Assembly: GCA_963813155.1 (NCBI GenBank)
Contig: CAWEYG010000002.1
Span: 96,001-160,000, forward strand
Length of the DNA stretch: 64,000 nucleotides
Direction: 5' to 3'
From: an uncultured Acidobacteriota bacterium
GTDB taxonomy: Bacteria; Acidobacteriota; Thermoanaerobaculia; UBA5066; DATFVB01
Each line of letters opens with the position of its first letter. Position 1 is the stretch's first letter. Shown piece by piece: positions 19,602-29,086 of this stretch. The notes under the pieces were generated by a model, which saw only the letters and a list, made by a program, of their open reading frames with translations, searched no databases and was not told the origin of the DNA. Both the position numbers and the translations under genes were made by a program.

Positions 19602-22298
19602 CTACTTCCCCGGCTTCCTCTCCATCATCCAGATCTCCGAGCGCGAGAAGTTCGTGATCGCGTAGAGGCTGCGACCGTCCGGAGAGAGATCGATTTCGCC
19701 TCCGAGGGAAGCTTCCGGCGGAAAACGGCGGAGGAGCTTCCTCGTCTTCGTCTTGCGGTCGTAGAGCACCAGCGCGGAACCGGACGTTGAGGTGCTGCCG
19801 GACGAGGGCTCCGCCGAATTCGTTTCTCCGTAAATCACGAAATCGTCGGAGAGCCACACGCCATCCAGACCCGCGCCGGTGATCGAGTCCAGCGACCCCG
19901 TTTCCGGCGAATAGATCGCCGTGCCCTTGACTCCGTTCAGCAAGAGGAGCCGGCCATCGGGAGACCATCCGAGCGGAAAATCGAACATGCCTGCCGGAGG
20001 AAGCCGACCCGGCAGCGTCTCCGGAAGGTACTGGCCGTCCGGCTGCCGGCGCAGAACCGCGACTCGGCTCGACATCCCCTGCTCGATCAGCGTCGCGACA
20101 CGCTCGCCGCCCGTGTTGGGAATCACCGCCAGGACCTCGCCGATCGAGGGAGACGTGAGCACCTTCGCCTGGCCTCCGTCCACGCCGATCTCCCAGAGCT
20201 GGTACGGGCCGCCGCGCGTCGAGTAGAAGAGGATCCGCTTGCCGCCCGCAGTCCAGCGCGGCTGGCGGTTCTTGAACTCGTCGTCGGTCAGCTGCGTGAG
20301 GCCGCCGCCGTTCGTGTCGCAGGTATAGAGGACCTCGCGAGTGACGCCCGCCTGGAAGAGAAGCCGCCGGCCGTCGGGCGAAACCGCGACGTAAGACGCG
20401 ACCGGGAGGCCCGACAGAATCGTGTTCGGCGTTTCGGCGAGCTCGCGGCGAACGGGATCGAACGCGAACCGCTGGATTCCGTAGTTCGTCGAATCGACCT
20501 CGAAGGCAATGCGGCTGCCGTCGCGCGAGAGCGAGAACGGCCCGGCGGTGCCCGCGGGAACGGAGACCCGCTGGGGCTCCGATGTGGCCTTGCCCGTCGC
20601 CTCGTCGACTCCGATCCGGTAGAGGTCGAGCGTCCCGCCCCGGTCGCTGCCAAAATAAATCGAGCGGCCGTCGGGAGCCCACACCGGCGCCCAGTCGAGC
20701 GGCTTGTCGTTCGTCAGCTGCACCGGCTTCTGCTTCTCCCCGGTCACGTCGAGCGTGAACAGGTCGCGCTGCGCACCGCTCCCCATCAAGCCAAAGAACG
20801 CGATCCGGCGGCCGTGGGGAGACCAGGTCGGCCCGACCGCGTTCTTGAAGACGTCTTTCTCCTCGGTCGGGTGGCCGTCGAAGAGCTTTCGCTTCTTCCC
20901 AGATTGGACATCCACGATCAGGACGTCGCCCGGCGTTCCGAGGTGGTACGGGTCCTCATTATCGACCGTTGTGTAGACGAGCGATGACCCGTCCGGGGAC
21001 CAGGCAGGCGCGAAGCCCCCGTCGGCGACCCGATGGACGGATTCTCCGGTCGCTCCCATGACGTAAATCCCGCCGCCGTCCCGCTCGGAACGGAACGCGA
21101 CGTGCGCCCCGTCGGGAGAGAACGCCGGCTCGGTGTTGTCGAAGCCGCTCCCGCGCGTGAGGTCGACGGCATTCTGTCCGCCGACCCGCTGCAGGAAAAC
21201 GTCGAGCTCCTTTCCCTCCCGGCGGACGAACAGAAACTGCTGGCCGTCGGGAGAGATCGAAGGGAACGTCGCGGTCGCGCCGAACGTCAGCTGTTGAAAG
21301 CGCCACCCCTCGGCTGCGCCGGAGCTGGGCGCGAGACGCCGGCCCGCCAGATATGCCAGGACCAGAAGCACCGCGCCGCCTGCAATTCGTGCCGCGAGCG
21401 CGAGAGGCGCCGTCCTGCCCGCCCGGCCGGTCACCGCCCGCGCCGACGAAGAGGACGCGTTCGTGATCGCTTCGAGATCGAACGCCACATCGCCGGCGGA
21501 ATGGAACCGGGATTCGGGGCTCTTCTCGAGGCAGTGGCGAACGATCCGGTCGAGCGCGGGCGCGATGTTCCGGCCGGATTCCAGCAGCTCCGGGGGATCT
21601 TCCTTCAGGATCGCGTTCATCGTCTCGACCGCGGAGTTGCCCTTGAACGCCCGTCTCCCGGCGAGCATCTCGTACAGAATCGCTCCGAAGGCGAAGATGT
21701 CGGTCCGATGGTCGACGTCCCGGCCGCGAACCTGCTCCGGCGACATGTAGCCGACGGTCCCCATGACGGTGCCCGGCTCGGTGCCGGCGGTCGTCGGCGC
21801 GCTCGTTCCGGCCGACTCCAGGCCGATTCGTTTCGCAAGCCCGAAGTCGAGGATCTTGACGCGCCCGTCGGAGGTCAGAAAGACGTTCTCGGGCTTGAGG
21901 TCCCGGTGAACGATCCCTTTCTCGTGCGCCGCCGCGAGCCCCTTCGCGATCTGGATCGCGATCTCAACGGCGCGCCGCTGGGCGAGCGGTCCTTCGTCGA
22001 CCCGGGCGCGAAGGGTTTCGCCCACGAGCAGCTCGGTCACCGCGAACGCGATGCCATTTTCGCTTCCGAAGTCGTGGATCGACAGGATGTTCGGGTGGTT
22101 CAGCGCGGCGACGGCGTGCGCTTCGCGCTCGAAACGGGCGAGCGCGTCCGGGTCCTTCGAGAGCGACTCCGGAAGCACTTTGATCGCGACTTCGCGGTTG
22201 AGCTTCGTGTCCTTCGCCCGGTACACCTCGCCCATCCCGCCGGCCCCGAGAGGCGCAAGGATCTCGTACGAACCGAGTTTCGTTCCTGCGGTGATCAC
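19602..22298 (-). CDS. Ser/Thr protein kinase with TM helix and PD40 beta-propellers
   Basis: GTG start VITAGTKLGSYEIL, HRDLKPEN, DFGLAK, YMSPEQ. TM segment, repeated PAFSPDG/PAWSPDG motifs. Confidence 0.9.
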   Translation of the reverse strand: MITAGTKLGSYEILAPLGAGGMGEVYRAKDTKLNREVAIKVLPESLSKDPDALARFEREAHAVAALNHPNILSIHDFGSENGIAFAVTELLVGETLRARVDEGPLAQRRAVEIAIQIAKGLAAAHEKGIVHRDLKPENVFLTSDGRVKILDFGLAKRIGLESAGTSAPTTAGTEPGTVMGTVGYMSPEQVRGRDVDHRTDIFAFGAILYEMLAGRRAFKGNSAVETMNAILKEDPPELLESGRNIAPALDRIVRHCLEKSPESRFHSAGDVAFDLEAITNASSSSARAVTGRAGRTAPLALAARIAGGAVLLVLAYLAGRRLAPSSGAAEGWRFQQLTFGATATFPSISPDGQQFLFVRREGKELDVFLQRVGGQNAVDLTRGSGFDNTEPAFSPDGAHVAFRSERDGGGIYVMGATGESVHRVADGGFAPAWSPDGSSLVYTTVDNEDPYHLGTPGDVLIVDVQSGKKRKLFDGHPTEEKDVFKNAVGPTWSPHGRRIAFFGLMGSGAQRDLFTLDVTGEKQKPVQLTNDKPLDWAPVWAPDGRSIYFGSDRGGTLDLYRIGVDEATGKATSEPQRVSVPAGTAGPFSLSRDGSRIAFEVDSTNYGIQRFAFDPVRRELAETPNTILSGLPVASYVAVSPDGRRLLFQAGVTREVLYTCDTNGGGLTQLTDDEFKNRQPRWTAGGKRILFYSTRGGPYQLWEIGVDGGQAKVLTSPSIGEVLAVIPNTGGERVATLIEQGMSSRVAVLRRQPDGQYLPETLPGRLPPAGMFDFPLGWSPDGRLLLLNGVKGTAIYSPETGSLDSITGAGLDGVWLSDDFVIYGETNSAEPSSGSTSTSGSALVLYDRKTKTRKLLRRFPPEASLGGEIDLSPDGRSLYAITNFSRSEIWMMERKPGK

Positions 22299-22379
22299 TT
22301 GAAAGGCATTATCGCTCAAGAAACCCGCCGCCGCGTTTTCCGTATCAACCTCCGGACTTTTTCGAGAAAGGAGACCTTC

Positions 22380-23522
22380 ATGCGCATCTCGTTTTCCTTC
22401 CGGCCGCTCGCAGGCCTCGCCGTAGTGCTCGCCGCGTCGGCCCTCGCCGCTCAGGACATCACGCTTCCCCCGAGCGGAGACAACCAGCGTTCCACGGTTA
22501 CGCAACACATCGGCCCGGTCGTTTTGACGGTCGACTACCACAGTCCCCGCGTGAAGCGGGCGGACAAGGGCGATCGCCGCGGCAAGATCTGGGGCCAGCT
22601 CGTTCCCTACGGCATGACGAACCTCGGGTTCGGCACGTGCAAGGAGTGCCCCTGGCGAGCCGGGGCGAACGAGAACACGACCCTGACCGTCAGCCACGAC
22701 GTGGAAGTGGAAGGACAGAAGCTTCCGGCCGGCGTTTACGGCGTCTCCATGATCCCGGAGGAGATGGACTGGACGGTCATCTTCTCGAAGGACTCGACCT
22801 CCTGGGGCGCCTTTTTCTACGACCCGGCGCAGGACTTCCTTCGCGTGAAGGTCAAGCCGGCCGCGAGCGAATATCACGAGTTCCTGACCTACGAGTTCAC
22901 CGACCGCGAGCCTGACCGCGCCGTGCTCGCTCTGAAGTGGGAAGAGCTGCAGGTGCCCATCGCGATCATCGTGCCAGATATCGACGGCGTGTACATCGCC
23001 GAGATCCGAAAAGAGCTGAAGAACTCCAAGGGGTTCGATTGGCGCAACTGGAGCGCGGCCGCGAAGTTCGAGATCGATCACAAGAAGAATCCGCAGGAAG
23101 CCCTGGCCTGGGCGCAGGCGGCCGTCTCGGGCCAGGTCGGGATCGAGAACTTCCAGACCCTGGAGACGCTCGCGGAAGCGCAGAAGGCCAACGGCATGAC
23201 GGCCGAAAGTGAAAAGACGCTCGCTCTCGCGCTCAACCATCGGACGGCCGGCCCGATCGACATTCATCTCTACGCCCGCGCACTGCTTCAGGGCGGGAAG
23301 AAGGACGAAGCGATGAAGGCCTGGCAACTCAACGCCAAACGCTACGGCAGCGAGTGGCCGGTCAACGTCGGGCTTGCGCGCGGATACTCGGCAATGGGCA
23401 ACTACAAGGAAGCGCTCAAGTACGTGCGCCTCGCGATTCCGCAGGCGCCGGACGACGCCAACAAGAAGGCGCTCGAAGCCGCCTCCAAGAAGCTGGAGTC
23501 CGGGAAGGACATGAACGTCTGA
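22380..23522 (+). CDS. DUF2911 domain protein with C-terminal TPRs, secreted
   Basis: AAGGAG SD and signal peptide. VTQHIGPVVLTVDYHSPRV...KIWGQLVPYG...PWRAGANENT...LPAGVY, then helical repeats. Confidence 0.85.
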   Translation: MRISFSFRPLAGLAVVLAASALAAQDITLPPSGDNQRSTVTQHIGPVVLTVDYHSPRVKRADKGDRRGKIWGQLVPYGMTNLGFGTCKECPWRAGANENTTLTVSHDVEVEGQKLPAGVYGVSMIPEEMDWTVIFSKDSTSWGAFFYDPAQDFLRVKVKPAASEYHEFLTYEFTDREPDRAVLALKWEELQVPIAIIVPDIDGVYIAEIRKELKNSKGFDWRNWSAAAKFEIDHKKNPQEALAWAQAAVSGQVGIENFQTLETLAEAQKANGMTAESEKTLALALNHRTAGPIDIHLYARALLQGGKKDEAMKAWQLNAKRYGSEWPVNVGLARGYSAMGNYKEALKYVRLAIPQAPDDANKKALEAASKKLESGKDMNV

Positions 23523-23547
23523 GCTCTTTCGGAGCTACTCTCTTCGT

Positions 23548-25401
23548 GTGACACGGTTCCGAAACCGGAGAAGGATCCTCGCCGCGGCGGGGATCCTTCT
23601 TTCCGGCATTCTCGCCGCCCGCGCTGCCGCCGAGACGGCGGGCCCCTCGTCGCGGGTGGGCGGCCTCGGCTTCGCACGGGACGCGCCCCGTCGGGTGCTC
23701 CTCGCCTCCAATGAGACGGGCGCTTTTCAGCTCTACTCGTTCGACCTCGTCTCCGGACGAAAGAGCCGTCTCACCTCGCTGCCGAACGGCAAGGCGTATG
23801 GAACGATCTCACCGGACGGCCAGTGGGTTTATTTTCTGATGGATACGGGCGGCTCCGAGCTCGGGCGGTACGTCCGCGTCCCGTTCGAAGGAGGAAAACC
23901 GCAGGAGATCGATCCCGGGTCGCCTTCCGCCTCCGGCCTCGGAATCTCGTGCGATCGCGCGGGAAAATTCCTCGTCGAGGGCCTCTCGGACGCCGGGGGC
24001 TTCCGCTTTCTGCGCCTGGAGCCGGGCAGGAGCGCCGAATCGCTCTACCGGTCGGACCATGAGGCGTACGGGCCGGCGCTTTCCGCCGACGGCCGCCATC
24101 TCGCGATCGTCGAGACCGAGAGAAAGAACGACCGCCACTACGCAACCCTGATTCTCGATGCGCGGACGGGCGCGCGCGAGGCCGAACTCTGGGACGGCGA
24201 GGGAATCAGCGCCACGCACGGCCCGTGGTCGCCGAAGGAGGGAGACGAGCGAATCGTCGTGCAGTCGGACCGCGGCGGCTACTTTCGGCCCGCGATCTTC
24301 GATCTTGGGAAAAAGACCCGCACCGAGCTGCCGGTCGATCTTCCCGGCGACGTGACGGGCGAAGACTGGTCTCCCGGCGGGACCGGCGTCCTGCTCCGCC
24401 AGCACCTCGCGGGGCGCGACGCGCTGTTCGTCTTCGACCTCGAATCGCGGAGGCTCTCCCCCGTTCCGCTTCCGCCGGGGAGCGCAGGCTCGGCCTGGAT
24501 CCGGCCGGACGGCAAGGTCTGGGCGCAATTCCAGAGCTCGACGATCTCTCCTCGACTGCTCGAGGTCGACAGAGAGTCGGGATCCTCGAAGACCGTCGTG
24601 TCGAGCGCGGAATTCCGCTCGGCGGCGCCGCTCAGCCAGGTCACGTTCCGCGGCGGCAACGGCGACCCGATCTCCGCATACCTGGGCGTCCCGCACCGGT
24701 CCCGGGCCAACGGCGCGGCGATCGTCTGGATCCACGGAGGCCCCCACTCCGAGGTTTCGGACGTTCTCTCGCCCGCTCTCCAGGCGTATGTCGACGCGGG
24801 GTTCGCCGTGCTCGCGCCGAACTACCACGGCTCGTCGGGATCCGGAAGAACCTTCGCCGTGTCGATCGAGGGAAACCCGATGGCTCTGGAGCTGGAGGAC
24901 TTCGCCGCCGCGCGCCGGTTTCTGCTCGATCGCGGCTTCGCGCCGGCGGGGCTCGTCTTCGCCGCAGGATGGTCGTACGGAGGATTCGCGGTGCTCTCTT
25001 GCCTGACTCGCCAGCCGGCGGATTGGGCGGGAGGTTCCGCCGGCGCGGCGATCGCCGACTGGACGATGCAGTTCGAAGACGCGCGCGGCCCTCTTCGCGG
25101 CTGGACGCTGTCGCTTTTCGGCGGGAGCCCATCGGAGAAGGGCGAGCTCTACCGGGATCGCTCCCCGGTCACCCGGGCGGGAGACATTCGGGCGCCGCTC
25201 CTGATCCTGCAAGGAAGAAACGACAGCCGCACGTCCGCGCGGCAGATCGAAGCGTTCCTTCGAAAACTGGATGAAGGGGGAAAGACCTACGAGGTCAAGT
25301 GGTACGACGCCGGCCACAACTCGCTCGATTCCGGAGAGCAGGCCGACCACGTGCGCAGGACGATCGAGTTCTTCCGAAGGATCCTGATGACCACCCGATG
25401 A
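23548..25401 (+). CDS. S9 family (prolyl oligopeptidase/acylaminoacyl peptidase) serine peptidase
   Basis: N-terminal propeller, WIHGGP, APNYHGS, GWSYGG nucleophile elbow, LQGRNDSR (Asp), DAGH (His). Confidence 0.9.
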   Translation: MTRFRNRRRILAAAGILLSGILAARAAAETAGPSSRVGGLGFARDAPRRVLLASNETGAFQLYSFDLVSGRKSRLTSLPNGKAYGTISPDGQWVYFLMDTGGSELGRYVRVPFEGGKPQEIDPGSPSASGLGISCDRAGKFLVEGLSDAGGFRFLRLEPGRSAESLYRSDHEAYGPALSADGRHLAIVETERKNDRHYATLILDARTGAREAELWDGEGISATHGPWSPKEGDERIVVQSDRGGYFRPAIFDLGKKTRTELPVDLPGDVTGEDWSPGGTGVLLRQHLAGRDALFVFDLESRRLSPVPLPPGSAGSAWIRPDGKVWAQFQSSTISPRLLEVDRESGSSKTVVSSAEFRSAAPLSQVTFRGGNGDPISAYLGVPHRSRANGAAIVWIHGGPHSEVSDVLSPALQAYVDAGFAVLAPNYHGSSGSGRTFAVSIEGNPMALELEDFAAARRFLLDRGFAPAGLVFAAGWSYGGFAVLSCLTRQPADWAGGSAGAAIADWTMQFEDARGPLRGWTLSLFGGSPSEKGELYRDRSPVTRAGDIRAPLLILQGRNDSRTSARQIEAFLRKLDEGGKTYEVKWYDAGHNSLDSGEQADHVRRTIEFFRRILMTTR

Positions 25402-25410
25402 CGGAGCTCT

Positions 25411-25493
25411 GTCATTCCCGCGCAAGCGGGAATCGCCCTGGTCGGGTTCTGGGAAGCGATGACGCTGGCGACCCCCGCTTTCGCGGGGGTGAC
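25411..25493. repeat. REP-type inverted doublet
   Basis: GTCATTCCCGCGCAAGCGGGAATC ... GACCCCCGCTTTCGCGGGGGTGAC between convergent genes. Confidence 0.75.
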
Positions 25494-25507
25494 GCCTCGG
25501 TCGGCGT

Positions 25508-25981
25508 CTACTTCGGCTCCTGAACCGTCAACGTCACCGTCGTCTGCCCGTCCGCAGGATTCGCGACGACCGTGATCGAGCGCTTCTCGTCGGCCGACTG
25601 GAGCAGCAGGACCTTGCCGCCGCCGCTCGACATCTCCATCTTGACCTGCCAGGTGGAGAACTTCGACTTGTAGAAAGCGGCGATTTTCCCCGGAGCGTCG
25701 GAGCTCTGGAACGTGACCATATGGCCCGAGGTACCCGACTGCGCTGCCGAAACCGCGCTCACGATCTTCGAGCCGGGATACACCGGCACGTCTTTGGGAA
25801 AGTCTTCCGGAAGCTTCACGGCCTCGCCGCTGACGACGGTGGAGCCGTCCGCCGTCTTGACGGTGACGTTCTTGCCTTTCGCGTCGTACGCGACCTGTTC
25901 GCCGTGCGGCCCCACGTATTCGCGATTGCGGCACGCCGCGGCCGCGAGGAGGATCGCCACGGCGATCACGAGGTTTTTCAT
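25508..25981 (-). CDS. Putative lipoprotein
   Basis: [17 protein letters not shown] lipobox, [25 protein letters not shown] overlap with the etfA stop. Confidence 0.75.
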   Translation of the reverse strand: MKNLVIAVAILLAAAACRNREYVGPHGEQVAYDAKGKNVTVKTADGSTVVSGEAVKLPEDFPKDVPVYPGSKIVSAVSAAQSGTSGHMVTFQSSDAPGKIAAFYKSKFSTWQVKMEMSSGGGKVLLLQSADEKRSITVVANPADGQTTVTLTVQEPK

Positions 25982-26957
25982 GACTCGGATCTTATCGCGC
26001 GGACGGCTTTGGCGAACTCCGGCACGAAGGGAAACAGGTCCGCGACGACCCCGTAGGTCGCGACCTTGAAGATCGGCGCGTCGGCGTCCTTGTTGACGGC
26101 GACGATGACCTTCGAGGTCCCCATGCCCGCGAGGTGCTGGATCGCGCCCGAGATGCCGATCGCGACGTAGAGCGTGGGGGACACGACCTTCCCCGTCTGT
26201 CCGACCTGGTACTGGTGGTCGATCCACCCGGCATCCACGACCGCGCGAGACGCTCCGAGAGTCGCGCCCGCGCCGAGCGCCTCGACGAGATCCCGGATGA
26301 TCGGCCAGTTCTCGGGCCCCTTGATGCCCCGCCCTCCCGACACGACGATCGTCCGCCTCCGTCACGTCGAGCTCCTTGCCGCCCGATGCCTCGATGCCCG
26401 TCACCTTCGCGCGGATCTCGAGCGAGCCGAGGTCGAGCGTCTCGACTTTCGGGGCTGCGGCGCCCGGTCGAGGCTCCGCGGGAAACACGTTCGGGCGAGT
26501 CGTCGCGATCTGAAGCTGCGATGCTCCGCAATCCACCGTCGCGCGCGCCTTGCCCGAGTAAACGGGCCGCATGCCGACGAGACGGCCACCGTCCGCACTG
26601 CAGCTCCATGACGTCCGCGAGGACGCCCGAAGAGTTTCGCGCGGCGAACCGGGGAGCGATGTCCCTTCCCATCGACGTCGCGGCGATCAGCACGGCGTCC
26701 GGGGACTCTTTTTCCTTCGCGGCCTGGAGCGCGCCCACGTAACCGCGGTTCGAATAGAGCGAAAGCTCGTCGCGGTCCGCGACATAGACGACCGAGGCCC
26801 CGTAAGCGCCGAGGTCGTTCGCGAGGCCGGCGACGCCCTTGCCCGCGATGACGGCGGCAACCGGGCCTCCCGCAAGCTTCGACGCGAGCGAGAGAGCTTC
26901 GAGCGAGGCCTTGCGGACCTTGCCTTCGCGCTGTTCGATGAAGACGAGAAACTTCAT
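25978..26957 (-). CDS. etfA: Electron transfer flavoprotein alpha subunit (two apparent +1 frameshifts, near 26600 and 26351)
   Basis: [12 protein letters not shown]...[10 protein letters not shown] / RPVYSGKA...TTRPN / VSGGRG...[11 protein letters not shown]...[29 protein letters not shown]. Confidence 0.9.
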
Positions 26958-27748
26958 CAGATCACCTTCGCTTCTTCGCGCAGGAGACGCGCGAGCTCGC
27001 GGGCCGCTCCGGCCGGGTCCGCCGCCGCGCCCTCTGCGGAGGACTTCGGATCGCCGCCCGGGACGAAGTGGCACGGCTTGGGAGGAGGCGGAAGCTCGAG
27101 TTTCAGCGTTCGGCACGTCGGCTCGCCGGGAGAAAACGTCTTTTCGCGAATCGGCTTCTTCTTTGCCGCCATGATCCCCTTGAGCGACGCGTAGCGCGGG
27201 TCGTTCAAGCCCTTCTGCGCGGTCAGGACGCACGGCGTCGGCGATTCCACGTGCTCGTGCGCGCCTTCGATCTCCCGGTCGCACGAGACTTTCCCGTCTC
27301 CGGCCGAGAATTTCACGATGTTTCCGACGTGCGGAAACCCGAGGAGCTCGGCGACCATCGGGCCGACGAGCGATTCATCCCATCCCACGCCCTTCTGGCC
27401 GAACCAGACGAGATCGTAATTTCCTTCTTTGATGGCCTCGGCGAGCGCGCGCGCCGTCGAGAATGCGTCCAGCTCGGCGCCCTTCGGGTCGATCCACACG
27501 CCGTCGTCCGCGCCGCGCGCAAGGCACTCGCGGATGCCGGTCTTCGCCCGCTCCGGGCCCAGGGACAGAACGGTCACGGCACCGGCGCCCTTCGACTCCT
27601 TCGTCTTCAGCGCCTCTTCGAGAGCGAACTCGTCATAGGGCGAGACGATCCATTTCACGTCGCTCTCGTCGATCGACTTGCCGTCGGCGGCGACCTTGAT
27701 CTTCGTTTCCGTGTCCGGGACGTACGCGACGCAAACGATGGAATTCAT
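26957..27748 (-). CDS. etfB: Electron transfer flavoprotein beta subunit
   Basis: VCVAYVPDT, SPYDEFALEEAL, LARGAD, REIEG, NDPRYASLKGIMAAKKKP. Confidence 0.95.
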   Translation of the reverse strand: MNSIVCVAYVPDTETKIKVAADGKSIDESDVKWIVSPYDEFALEEALKTKESKGAGAVTVLSLGPERAKTGIRECLARGADDGVWIDPKGAELDAFSTARALAEAIKEGNYDLVWFGQKGVGWDESLVGPMVAELLGFPHVGNIVKFSAGDGKVSCDREIEGAHEHVESPTPCVLTAQKGLNDPRYASLKGIMAAKKKPIREKTFSPGEPTCRTLKLELPPPPKPCHFVPGGDPKSSAEGAAADPAGAARELARLLREEAKVI

Positions 27749-27812
27749 GCGCTCTTCACCATCCGGCGAGGGACGATATCACGGGGGGTTTTTCGAATGA
27801 ATGATGCAGATA

Positions 27813-29075
27813 CTAGGGATTGATCCCAGAGACGATGGAAAAGCCACTCGTCGAAGACACGAGGGACATCTCCCCGGCGATGAAGCCAAGCCCGGTGGGA
27901 TTGTCGGTGGAGAGGGAGATGACGCGAATCTGGCCCTCTTCGAGATCCTCGACGCCCAGTTGTGCGAGAACGTCCAAGAAAAAGAGAGGTTCACCGAGAG
28001 CGAGCGCCTTCTCCGTCGAGCCCAGCAGCTGACCTCCTTGCGAGCGAACCTCGATTCGAATCAAGACGGTCCCTGCTCCCAGATTTGCGAGGAAGAGGTC
28101 GGCCCTGGACCCGAGGTGCCGTGTCGCACCAGGAAAACTCAAACCTGACAGATTTGATGAGGCCCCGGACTCCCCGATAACTGGAACGTCCGCCGACACC
28201 GTCGGCTGGTCGAGATTCAAAATTCGCGCGGAGACGATCGGGAGCCCGCTTCCGATCGGAATGATTCGATAAGCGTCGACACCAATGCCCGCCAGTGAGT
28301 CCGAGAGGCGCAGAGTCGAGGAGCCTCTGGGTTCAAGGGAAAATATCGGGCAACGGGGGCATTCCGTCGAGACCCGGGCTATTTGGCCGGCAATGGGAAA
28401 ATCAGTCGGATTTGTCACCGTAATCTCCGTGTCCCAGCGTCCCAGCACCCCCACCCCGGGCAGGATGATCGAGTCTACGCCTCCAAATGGAGACGCCGGC
28501 GCAGCAACAAAGCCCGCAACGACAGACCTCGTACCGTCGGCTCTCGTAACAGCGAGCTCTCCCCAGAGCAATCCCCCGCTCGATCGCTTCGTGACGCGCA
28601 CTTGGCCGCCGGTCATTTCTCCCACCGCGAGCACTCCGAGCACGTCGGGGATGAACCTCGTCTCGCCGGAAGCCAGGGAATAGGAAACGGGAAAGCCGGC
28701 CGGTTCGCCTTCGGGCGAAAAGGCCTCAACTGTCACGGCCAGAGACGAGGGGGAACTGAGAAAGTCGGGGATTACGTTCGCGATGACGAGACTGAGCGCG
28801 CGATCGGGCGGAAGGAAGAGGGTCGACTTACGGGACCCGGATGCCAAACCACCGTCCCCAAAAGTCCACTGAGGAATACCCCCCGCGAGGGGATGGGCAG
28901 CGAAGCTCACCGTCTTGCCCGCCGAAGTCTCATACGAATACGTGACCGGGTTCCAGGTTGCGCCTGAAACGACTATGCAAATGGGTGGCGGTGGAACCTC
29001 ACCGCAGTCGGCTCGCAACTCGACCGCAATCGCGAGAACCGAAAAGGTGAGGAGCCCGGCGAGGAGAGCTTTCAA
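27813..29075 (-). CDS. Secreted hypothetical beta-sandwich repeat protein, lower GC
   Basis: TTG start with signal peptide LKALLAGLLTFSVLAIAVELRADC. PKD-like WTFGDG. Repeated units (ETRFIPDVLGVL..GGQVRV / EPLFFLDVLAQL..EGQIRV). Confidence 0.6.
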   Translation of the reverse strand: MKALLAGLLTFSVLAIAVELRADCGEVPPPPICIVVSGATWNPVTYSYETSAGKTVSFAAHPLAGGIPQWTFGDGGLASGSRKSTLFLPPDRALSLVIANVIPDFLSSPSSLAVTVEAFSPEGEPAGFPVSYSLASGETRFIPDVLGVLAVGEMTGGQVRVTKRSSGGLLWGELAVTRADGTRSVVAGFVAAPASPFGGVDSIILPGVGVLGRWDTEITVTNPTDFPIAGQIARVSTECPRCPIFSLEPRGSSTLRLSDSLAGIGVDAYRIIPIGSGLPIVSARILNLDQPTVSADVPVIGESGASSNLSGLSFPGATRHLGSRADLFLANLGAGTVLIRIEVRSQGGQLLGSTEKALALGEPLFFLDVLAQLGVEDLEEGQIRVISLSTDNPTGLGFIAGEMSLVSSTSGFSIVSGINP

Positions 29076-29086
29076 GCTCTCCGAGT

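Noticed and set aside
25978-26957. etfA, fabG, panE and three kinases as pseudogenes
   Set aside because: Only isolated +1 indels with otherwise intact motifs, best explained as sequencing error.
27010-27060. Short insertion in the EtfB C-terminus (DPKSSAEGAAA) as an in-frame repeat insertion
   Set aside because: Too short and not clearly matching any repeat in the window; probably ordinary loop variation.
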